Below, piece after piece: positions 25,953-33,023 of a stretch of DNA of 64,000 nucleotides (the first letter of the stretch is position 1; each line of letters begins with the position of its first letter). Source of the stretch: a virus; the IMG/VR virus record IMGVR_UViG_3300045988_183115; one strand, 5' to 3'. The notes beneath the pieces were generated by a model. The model did no database searches. It saw nothing but the letters and a program-made list of their open reading frames with translations, and was not told the origin of the DNA. The translations under genes were made by a program, and so were the position numbers.

Positions 25953-28487
25953 ATGAACAAATCTATTAATTCTATTTTATTTAACAATCTATCTAAGTTT
26001 TCAATCCCACAAAATCCCATTGATATTGAATATGAAAACATTAATATGGCTTTATCAGTCAATAGAAATTTGGAAAGTTATGGTTATACATTAAGCACGG
26101 ATGCTATATCTGCATTAGCTAAATTGCCTGCACAGGAAATATGTGAGGTATATAATGATTTGACAGATATTATTAAAGAATATAAAGGGATTGATGAATT
26201 TAATTCTGTTGAGTTATTCTATCCTAATTTCCCGGAAGAAGTCATGGATAAATCTGAGGAAGCATTATATATTAATTCGTTATTATATTATACATTTTCC
26301 CAGACAGATGATGAAAGATGTAAAACGATAGCACAAATGATAAGAGATTCTGTAACTGAGGAAAAAGTTGACAGGCTCCCATTATTGGAAAACTTCCCTG
26401 ACAAATTAAAGGTAATTAATAATACAAATATAAAAGAATTAGATGAATTAATGATAAACAGAATTCATGCGCCAAAAGGTATGAATGAAGAAAACTTGAA
26501 AGATGTTGAAACATATTTTCGTGAATATCCATTTAAAATTGACCAAATTGTTTCAACCGAGATACCTTATCAGAGTAAAGAAAATTTAGTTAAAACAGCT
26601 AGTCTATTATATAAACTGGGTGCAAGAAATTCAGCAGTTAATATGATAAAGGATTCTAAAGATGTATTAAGATTTGCAGCAGAACTTTCAAATCAGAATT
26701 TTGGAAACAAAGTTAATGATATATCATTAAATACTAAGAAAACAGTTTCAAATAAGAACGGCAAAGTTAAATATAAGTTAACCAATTCAGACAAAAGGTT
26801 AATAAAGGATATGTTAAATAACTGTCCAAATCTTTACTATGATATCTGGAAGGATGAAGGATTATATAAGAGATTAATGAATAGAATTGATTCACATACT
26901 GGTCCTGAAAGAGTAGTAAAGGCATTTGATAATCTTGCTAATAAAATAAAAAAGGATGAAAATGGTAAGGATATTATTCCAGTCCCAAGACAGTTTGAAA
27001 AAGCGATAGATAATCTTATTAAAGTTTCATCATTTGAAAATGTACAAAAATTTAATAAGCTTGCGGATAATTTCCCTGGGTATTTTGTTCAGCATTATAT
27101 TCAGTATGTTGATGAAGCAGCAAAAGAAGGCAATGGTTTAGCTTTAACTTCAATTGCAAACAAAATTATGTATTGTAATGTTCCTGTGCAGTCAATGCTT
27201 ACTATGTATAATTCGTTTGAATTAAGAAATAAAGAACATGAGAATAGAATTTATAAGAATAAAAATGGAAAATTATTAGTTTCAGACAATAAACCGTTAC
27301 ATCTTTCAGATGCTCAAATGAATAATATAAGAAATATTATTAGACAGACTATTGTTCATAACATTTCAGATACAAAACAGTTGGGTAAAGTATATATTGA
27401 CCCTAAATTAGAAGATATTAAAATTCCTTTAAGAGATATGAGAGATTGTTCTGCAGGTAATATTATTCCTCCATATAGTAGATTATCAGGTGATCAGAAT
27501 AAAAACTTATTAGCTTATGGAATATACTGGAAAAATTATAAGGATAATAATGGACATGAAGTAAGAGGGGACATTGATTTAAGTGTTAAGTTTTATAATG
27601 ATAAAAACATAACAGTTGATACCCTGTATTATTATAATTTAAAATCCGGAAAATTTGGTGTACATAGTGGCGATTACACAGATGCCCCAAATGGTGCTAC
27701 TGAAATGGTTTTATTAGATAAAAAAGCTATGAAAGATGCCGGTATTAAATATGCTGTTGTAGAAATTCATGGATTCTCAGTGCCATTTAATAAAGCTGAA
27801 GGACTTAAATTTATTGAAATGGAAAAAGAGGGTTCTTTAGGTGAGTATATGGATACAAGAAAAGCATGTCATAGGGATCATGATGCTGAATATGATGATT
27901 ATGATGAGGTTATTGATTTTACTAAAGATGAACGATCTGTTATTTTCCTTGGAAAACAGTTCGAAATATCACAGATTGAGCATCCAATTAAAATAAATGC
28001 AGCATCAACCATGGCAACTCCATGTGTTTATGATGTAGAAAACGATGCGACATATTGGATTGATCATGTAGGCAGTTTAAATTTAGGGCAGAATGTTGTT
28101 TCAAATGATTTAAATAAACAGACATCAGTTGAATTAGGATATATATTAAATAACGCTATTCCAGATATGAAACAATTATTTGATTTATATGCCGAAGGCT
28201 GCGGAGAGCTTACAACTGATATAAAAGAGGCTGATACAGTGTTCTCATTATATCCACTAGATGTTCAAAAAGAAGGTCTAAAAGAGAATGCAAAGGTAGT
28301 ATCATCGTATGACCTTGATTATATTTCTAATGAATTTTGCGGTAAATCTGAAAAATTAGATAATCCTGTTGCAAATAAGCAATTAGAAAAAGTAACAGTA
28401 AAGGCAGCAGATGAATTAGATTTAAAGAATTTATCTAAAGTAGAACATAAGGAAAATAGAATATTTGATGACGAATTAGAATTATAG
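25953..28487 (+). CDS. hypothetical large protein (844 aa); possible TerD-like segment
   Basis: Long ORF with GGAGG RBS. GDIDLSVKFYND...GVHSGDYTDAPNGATEMVLLD weakly resembles TerD-family motifs (GDIDL...HSGDN...GDDE). Confidence 0.6.
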   Translation: MNKSINSILFNNLSKFSIPQNPIDIEYENINMALSVNRNLESYGYTLSTDAISALAKLPAQEICEVYNDLTDIIKEYKGIDEFNSVELFYPNFPEEVMDKSEEALYINSLLYYTFSQTDDERCKTIAQMIRDSVTEEKVDRLPLLENFPDKLKVINNTNIKELDELMINRIHAPKGMNEENLKDVETYFREYPFKIDQIVSTEIPYQSKENLVKTASLLYKLGARNSAVNMIKDSKDVLRFAAELSNQNFGNKVNDISLNTKKTVSNKNGKVKYKLTNSDKRLIKDMLNNCPNLYYDIWKDEGLYKRLMNRIDSHTGPERVVKAFDNLANKIKKDENGKDIIPVPRQFEKAIDNLIKVSSFENVQKFNKLADNFPGYFVQHYIQYVDEAAKEGNGLALTSIANKIMYCNVPVQSMLTMYNSFELRNKEHENRIYKNKNGKLLVSDNKPLHLSDAQMNNIRNIIRQTIVHNISDTKQLGKVYIDPKLEDIKIPLRDMRDCSAGNIIPPYSRLSGDQNKNLLAYGIYWKNYKDNNGHEVRGDIDLSVKFYNDKNITVDTLYYYNLKSGKFGVHSGDYTDAPNGATEMVLLDKKAMKDAGIKYAVVEIHGFSVPFNKAEGLKFIEMEKEGSLGEYMDTRKACHRDHDAEYDDYDEVIDFTKDERSVIFLGKQFEISQIEHPIKINAASTMATPCVYDVENDATYWIDHVGSLNLGQNVVSNDLNKQTSVELGYILNNAIPDMKQLFDLYAEGCGELTTDIKEADTVFSLYPLDVQKEGLKENAKVVSSYDLDYISNEFCGKSEKLDNPVANKQLEKVTVKAADELDLKNLSKVEHKENRIFDDELEL

Positions 28488-28504
28488 TTTATTATTTTAT
28501 AATT

Positions 28505-28537
28505 AAACTGTCAGGACGATTCCTGACAGTTTTTTTA
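28505..28537 (+). terminator. rho-independent terminator
   Basis: AACTGTCAGGACGATTCCTGACAGTTTTTTT, perfect 9-bp stem. Confidence 0.8.
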
Positions 28538-28538
28538 T

Positions 28539-28556
28539 TTCCTCTGTCATATTAAA
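28539..28556 (+). promoter_or_regulatory. conserved promoter-like motif
   Basis: TTCCTCTGTCATATTAAA lies ~40 nt upstream of 28590. Confidence 0.55.
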
Positions 28557-28589
28557 AATATAATATATTTTTTAATTATGGAGGACTTT

Positions 28590-29012
28590 ATGTTTAAAAT
28601 TATGAGAAAAACAAAACAAAAACAAGTGTCAAGACAAAAAATTAGATATGAATTAAACCAGATAATCAATAATTTCATTTCAGAAATTAATTACGAATAT
28701 ATTTTTAGTTATAATTTTAATATATACAATGGAATTTCTGCATTTACAATTTCGGAAGACAGAATAAGATTTAATGCTAAAGATAAGAAGGTTCATATTA
28801 TTCAAAATGATCACAAAGATAAATTCATAATGAATTATGATAAGTTAAGAAATTTACTAATTAAATATTATGATCTGGATAAATCAGTATTAGAAAATCC
28901 AGTATTAACATATACATTCGTGGATAACAAAAGCAACATTATAAAAATAGTTTTAATAGAAAATTTTGTAGCAGATGCAGATTCTAATTTGATTAGAATT
29001 TTGATTAAATGA
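28590..29012 (+). CDS. hypothetical protein
   Basis: ATG at 28590 (MFKIMRK) follows GGAGGA. The ORF track start at 28578 overlaps the RBS. Confidence 0.55.
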   Translation: MFKIMRKTKQKQVSRQKIRYELNQIINNFISEINYEYIFSYNFNIYNGISAFTISEDRIRFNAKDKKVHIIQNDHKDKFIMNYDKLRNLLIKYYDLDKSVLENPVLTYTFVDNKSNIIKIVLIENFVADADSNLIRILIK

Positions 29013-29013
29013 T

Positions 29014-29031
29014 ATTTTATGTCATATATAA
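29014..29031 (+). promoter_or_regulatory. promoter-like motif, ATGTCAT variant
   Basis: TTTTATGTCATATATAAA precedes hairpin element copy B and a terminator. Confidence 0.35.
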
Positions 29032-29059
29032 AACATTCAATTAAAAAGGAAAAATCAAT

Positions 29060-29115
29060 TATCGAAGAATAGCAGGAAAACTCTATTCGACAATAGTCAA
29101 TTGTGAATAGTTCAT
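29060..29115 (+). repeat. 56-nt hairpin element, copy B
   Basis: TATCGAAGAATAGCAGGAAAACTCTATTCGACAATAGTCAATTGTGAATAGTTCAT. Here a terminator follows rather than a gene. Confidence 0.7.
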
Positions 29116-29140
29116 AAAATAATTTAGAAATTAATATTTT

Positions 29141-29172
29141 AGCAGGAGATAAGCAAGCATCTCCTGCTTTTG
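29141..29172 (+). terminator. rho-independent terminator
   Basis: AGCAGGAGATAAGCAAGCATCTCCTGCTTTTG. Confidence 0.75.
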
Positions 29173-29214
29173 TTATATCATCATGAATTTAGAATCTCCT
29201 TTCATTAATGATTT

Positions 29215-29232
29215 TTTTTCTGTCATATCCTT
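29215..29232 (+). promoter_or_regulatory. conserved promoter-like motif (extended subclass)
   Basis: TTTTTTCTGTCATATCCTTTATATCAAAAA shares the extended TCATATYYTTTATMTCAAA with the copies at 32983 and 36966. Confidence 0.55.
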
Positions 29233-29262
29233 TATATCAAAAATTTAAAGGAGGAATTTGTT

Positions 29263-29535
29263 ATGAATAAATTCGATTTTACGCCATGGAGAAAGGCTTT
29301 AGCAGTAGAAGTTAACAAAAATAAGGAGGATAATTATCCATATGTATGCAAAAATGTTTCTTCATCAGAAGGCATTGAATTAATAAACAGTGAAGAAAAT
29401 GTTTTTTATTTAGCTCCTGGAGATCATTTATATGCTACAAAGGATCTGGTTGTCGAATCCCTTAAAGCAATTGGCGGATATTGCAGCAATGCGCATATTG
29501 AAGGTAATGAAGTTGTTGTGGAGGCAGTTGCATGA
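29263..29535 (+). CDS. hypothetical protein
   Basis: 90-aa ORF with AAGGAGGAA RBS. Overlaps the next gene by 4 nt (ATGA). Confidence 0.55.
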   Translation: MNKFDFTPWRKALAVEVNKNKEDNYPYVCKNVSSSEGIELINSEENVFYLAPGDHLYATKDLVVESLKAIGGYCSNAHIEGNEVVVEAVA

Positions 29536-30470
29536 GATATGATAGACAAGCTATTGTAGATAGCATTAATATGCTAGATGTTATAAACAAGCTTAATATT
29601 AAAATTTCAAATGCTACTGCAGGAACGGATATAGTTACTGGGAATAAACGAGAAATTTTATGTCCGTTTCATAATGATAAACATTTTGGTTCAGCAAGTA
29701 TATATGTGGATTCAAAAAAGCATTTTAAGGGAATCCATTGCTTTGCTTGTGGAGAAAGTTGGAATGTAATTAAACTGGTCCAATTAAAAACAGGGCTAAA
29801 TTATGGACAGACATTAAATTGGCTTGCTGAGTTATGTCCTGGAGATAAGTCAAACTACGCATTAGAAGAAGCAGATAATAAATCATCTTGGGGTATTGTT
29901 TCTATAGATTCTTCAGGAAAGTTATCTGTTAAAAATAATAATTCTAATGAAGAAAAATCTAAAGCCATTGACAATCCTATCAAAAATATATTTACATCTG
30001 AAGACTTAAAATTAATAGGAATTCAGGATTATCCATTAAATATATTTGATAAAAATGGTTCTATAATAGATTGTTTGCAATATGAACCGTCTATAATTGA
30101 TATACCGGATAATTGTGTTGCAGAAAAGGATTATGTTTATAGTACAGATAAGAAAGCTTTAAATGTAAAATTTGATGAAACTCTTGAAGCCGTTTGGTTA
30201 ATTAAAAAAAATGGCATTAACTCAAGATTTACATTCAATGATTTGATTCAGGAAAATCCAGATTGTGCAGTAAATTTGGCTTGTACACGAATTGTTTATC
30301 TAATTAAAGATAAACAGGTTATCTTGAATAAATTAGCAGGTTCTTCAAATAAAATGTTAGTTAATGTTGTTCATTTAACGAAAAAAGAAATAAAGAGACT
30401 TAAAGAATTATATAACAAAATCATGAATGCATGGCTCAAAACTGAAGAATTAAAAATTGAATATATTTAA
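29532..30470 (+). CDS. primase-type CHC2 zinc-finger protein (DnaG zinc-binding-domain-like; no TOPRIM recognizable)
   Basis: ILCPFHNDKHFGSASIYVDSKKHFKGIHCFACGESWNVIKLV matches the CHC2 zinc finger of DnaG-type primases (CPFH...HCFGCG). Confidence 0.7.
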   Translation: MRYDRQAIVDSINMLDVINKLNIKISNATAGTDIVTGNKREILCPFHNDKHFGSASIYVDSKKHFKGIHCFACGESWNVIKLVQLKTGLNYGQTLNWLAELCPGDKSNYALEEADNKSSWGIVSIDSSGKLSVKNNNSNEEKSKAIDNPIKNIFTSEDLKLIGIQDYPLNIFDKNGSIIDCLQYEPSIIDIPDNCVAEKDYVYSTDKKALNVKFDETLEAVWLIKKNGINSRFTFNDLIQENPDCAVNLACTRIVYLIKDKQVILNKLAGSSNKMLVNVVHLTKKEIKRLKELYNKIMNAWLKTEELKIEYI

Positions 30471-30477
30471 TTGTGTT

Positions 30478-30518
30478 AAATGCATTTCTATATTAATAAA
30501 TAGAAATGCATTTTTTGT
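30478..30518 (+). terminator. rho-independent terminator
   Basis: AATGCATTTCTATATTAATAAATAGAAATGCATTTTTTG. Confidence 0.8.
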
Positions 30519-30531
30519 TTATCTTATTTTA

Positions 30532-30549
30532 TTTTTCAGTCATATATAA
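30532..30549 (+). promoter_or_regulatory. promoter-like motif, CAGTCAT variant
   Basis: TTTTTCAGTCATATATAAG lies ~38 nt upstream of 30581. Confidence 0.45.
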
Positions 30550-30580
30550 GATAAATCAATTTAAAAGGAGGACATACAGT

Positions 30581-31006
30581 ATGTTAGATTTATTTGATAT
30601 AAAAGAAGAAGACATTGATATATTTGAAAATAATATGTTTGATGAATCAATTGGAGAAACAGAGGTCTATATAGATGAAGATGAATCTTACATTTATATG
30701 GATAAAAAATTAGTGTTTGGTGAAGGTAAATATGTGCTTTTTATGGGTAGCGATTGCTATTATACAGATGACGGAATGCCTGAACCAGATTGCAATGTTG
30801 TTAGTATTTTTATTAATTCTGATAATATTGACATGAAAAATGACTGCGTATATTCAGAATTGCAGTCATCAATTGAAAGCTGTTTACATAATTTCCAGAA
30901 TATTGTTAAGTCTTACGAAAAAAGAATTAACAAAGAATTTATTCAAAGAGATATTGCGGCAGCAAAAAGTTTGACTCATAAGCATACGTTTGCACTGTAT
31001 GCTTGA
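30581..31006 (+). CDS. hypothetical acidic protein
   Basis: ATG at 30581 follows AAAAGGAGGA. D/E-rich. The ORF track start at 30506 is too early (it overlaps the promoter motif). Confidence 0.55.
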   Translation: MLDLFDIKEEDIDIFENNMFDESIGETEVYIDEDESYIYMDKKLVFGEGKYVLFMGSDCYYTDDGMPEPDCNVVSIFINSDNIDMKNDCVYSELQSSIESCLHNFQNIVKSYEKRINKEFIQRDIAAAKSLTHKHTFALYA

Positions 31007-31031
31007 CAATAAATTTTAAACCTCCCTCCTG

Positions 31032-31062
31032 AATGGCTATGTGAAAACATAGCCATTTTTTA
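31032..31062 (+). terminator. rho-independent terminator
   Basis: AATGGCTATGTGAAAACATAGCCATTTTTTAT. Confidence 0.8.
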
Positions 31063-31080
31063 TGTAAAAAAAATAAATTA

Positions 31081-31098
31081 AATATCTGTCATATTACT
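31081..31098 (+). promoter_or_regulatory. conserved promoter-like motif
   Basis: AATATCTGTCATATTACT is followed by hairpin element copy C and the flotillin gene. Confidence 0.55.
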
Positions 31099-31134
31099 AA
31101 TGACTGGCGTAAACAAAATAATTTAAAAGATGTT

Positions 31135-31190
31135 TATCGCAATCAAGCAAGAAAGCTCCATCCGACTAATGTCGTTTGTGAGTAGTTCAT
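31135..31190 (+). repeat. 56-nt hairpin element, copy C (diverged)
   Basis: TATCGCAATCAAGCAAGAAAGCTCCATCCGACTAATGTCGTTTGTGAGTAGTTCAT. The palindrome is changed to CGACTAATGTCG but still pairs. Confidence 0.65.
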
Positions 31191-31223
31191 GCTTATTTTT
31201 ACTAAAAGAAAGGAATAAAATTT

Positions 31224-32798
31224 ATGGGAATTGAAGTAACGATTGGAATTGTAGTAGCGGTGGTTGTAGTATTAATTGCATTATTATTTGCAAGTTATAT
31301 TAAGGCTCCGACAGACAAGGCACTTATTGTATCAGGACTTAGAAAGACACCTAAGTATGTTATCGGAAGGTCATCACTTAAGATACCATTTTTACAGAGA
31401 GTAGATAAGCTTGATTTAAAGATGATTTCTGTTGATGTAAAGACAAAGGAATCAGTACCAACAAATGAGTATATTAATGTTAATATTGATTCTGCTGTAA
31501 AGATTAAGATTGGTTCATCACCTGAAATGCTTGGAAAGGCTGCAAGTAACTTCCTTAATAAAAATTCAGATTATATCAGAGAATCAGTTGTAGATGTACT
31601 TGAAGGTAATGTCCGTGAAATTATAGGACAGATGAAGCTTGAGGATATTGTACAGGACAGAAAGTTATTTGCTGAAAAGGTACAGGAGAATGCTGCTCCT
31701 GATATGGAAAGAATGGGTCTTGAAATTGTAAGCTTTAATGTTCAGAATGTTACAGATGAAGGTAATGTTATTGAAAACCTTGGTATTGACAGGGTTGTAA
31801 GTATCAGTAAGTCAGCACAGATATCAAGAGCAGAATCAGAAAGAGATATTGCAGTTGCAAAGGCTAATGCTGAAAAGCAGGCTAATGATGCAAGAATTGA
31901 AGCTGAGACAGCTATTGCAGAAAGAAATAATGAACTTGAGATTAAGAAGCAGGAATTAAAGAGAGCAGCAGATGTTAAGAAGGCTGAAGCTGATGCGGCA
32001 TATGAAATCCAGCAGCAGGAACAGAGAAAGACAATTGAAATCACTACTGCCAATGCTAATATTGCAAAGCAGGAAAAGGAAATTGAATTAAGAGAAAAGG
32101 AAATCACTGTTAAGGAAAAAACACTTGATGCTGATATCCGTAAGCAGGCCGAAGCTGAAAAGTATGCAGCACAGCAAAAGGCAGATGCAGAACTTTATCA
32201 GAGACAGAAGGAAGCAGAAGCAAAGCAGTTTGAAATTCAGAAGCAGGCTGAAGCTAAGAAATCACAGGCAGAAGCAGACAGATTTGCTAAGGAACAGGAA
32301 GCTGAAGCAGTAAAGGCACAGGGCTTTGCAGAAGCAGAGAGTATTAAGGCAAAAGGTGTTGCTGATGCTGAAAGTATTAAGGCAAAAGGATTAGCTGAAG
32401 CTGAAGCTATGGAGAAGAAAGCAGATGCAATGGCTAAGTATGGTAAGGCTGCCATGACTGAAATGATTATCAAAGTACTTCCAGAGATGGCAGGAGCTAT
32501 TGCAAAGCCATTAGAAGCCATTGATAAGGTAACTATTATTGACAGTGGTAATGGTGAAACCGGAGTAGGTTCATTTAGCAGTAATGTACCATCAGTACTT
32601 GCAAAGACAATTGAATCTGTTAAGGAAACAACTGGTTTTGACCTTACAGAAGTAATGAAGGCTAATACATATGATGCCAAGACAACAAAGAATGTGAACT
32701 TTACAGGCATTCCAGAAGATGTTGACCCGGAGATTAAGGTAACTGTAAAGAATGTTCCTGAGAAAGTGTCTAAGTCAGAAAAGAATTCTACTAAGTAA
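31224..32798 (+). CDS. flotillin-like SPFH/band-7 protein with long EA-repeat coiled coil
   Basis: N-terminal TM segment. SPFH domain is YIKAPTDKALIVSGLRK...GLEIVSFNVQNV. A long AEAEA/KAKG repeat coiled coil follows, as in FloT/YuaG-type flotillins. Confidence 0.8.
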   Translation: MGIEVTIGIVVAVVVVLIALLFASYIKAPTDKALIVSGLRKTPKYVIGRSSLKIPFLQRVDKLDLKMISVDVKTKESVPTNEYINVNIDSAVKIKIGSSPEMLGKAASNFLNKNSDYIRESVVDVLEGNVREIIGQMKLEDIVQDRKLFAEKVQENAAPDMERMGLEIVSFNVQNVTDEGNVIENLGIDRVVSISKSAQISRAESERDIAVAKANAEKQANDARIEAETAIAERNNELEIKKQELKRAADVKKAEADAAYEIQQQEQRKTIEITTANANIAKQEKEIELREKEITVKEKTLDADIRKQAEAEKYAAQQKADAELYQRQKEAEAKQFEIQKQAEAKKSQAEADRFAKEQEAEAVKAQGFAEAESIKAKGVADAESIKAKGLAEAEAMEKKADAMAKYGKAAMTEMIIKVLPEMAGAIAKPLEAIDKVTIIDSGNGETGVGSFSSNVPSVLAKTIESVKETTGFDLTEVMKANTYDAKTTKNVNFTGIPEDVDPEIKVTVKNVPEKVSKSEKNSTK

Positions 32799-32812
32799 AA
32801 ATATATAATTTT

Positions 32813-32850
32813 AAGGACAGGTTGAAGTATAATCAGCCTGTCCTTTTTAT
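32813..32850 (+). terminator. rho-independent terminator
   Basis: AAGGACAGGTTGAAGTATAATCAGCCTGTCCTTTTTAT. Confidence 0.8.
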
Positions 32851-32977
32851 AATAAAGGCCTTGAAAATAAAGCAATATCGCATAAAGAAACTAATTTAAA
32901 GCTAAGTTAATTAAATAAGAAGCGCTGTGAATATTGATATTAAATTCCAAGATGGAATTATTGTTACTCTTGAATAT

Positions 32978-32995
32978 TTTTTCTGTCATATTTTC
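32978..32995 (+). promoter_or_regulatory. conserved promoter-like motif (extended subclass)
   Basis: TTTTTTCTGTCATATTTTCTTTATCAAAATAATAAAGGAG is near-identical over ~45 nt to the copy at 36962. Confidence 0.55.
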
Positions 32996-33023
32996 TTTAT
33001 CAAAATAATAAAGGAGATATTTT

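Noticed and set aside
31742-32875. Long alternative-frame ORFs (31742..32107 minus, 32125..32313 plus, 32237..32875 minus) inside the flotillin gene
   Set aside because: They are produced by the repetitive GCWGAAGC (EA-repeat) coding sequence, which stays open in several frames. The flotillin frame has the SPFH domain and the RBS.
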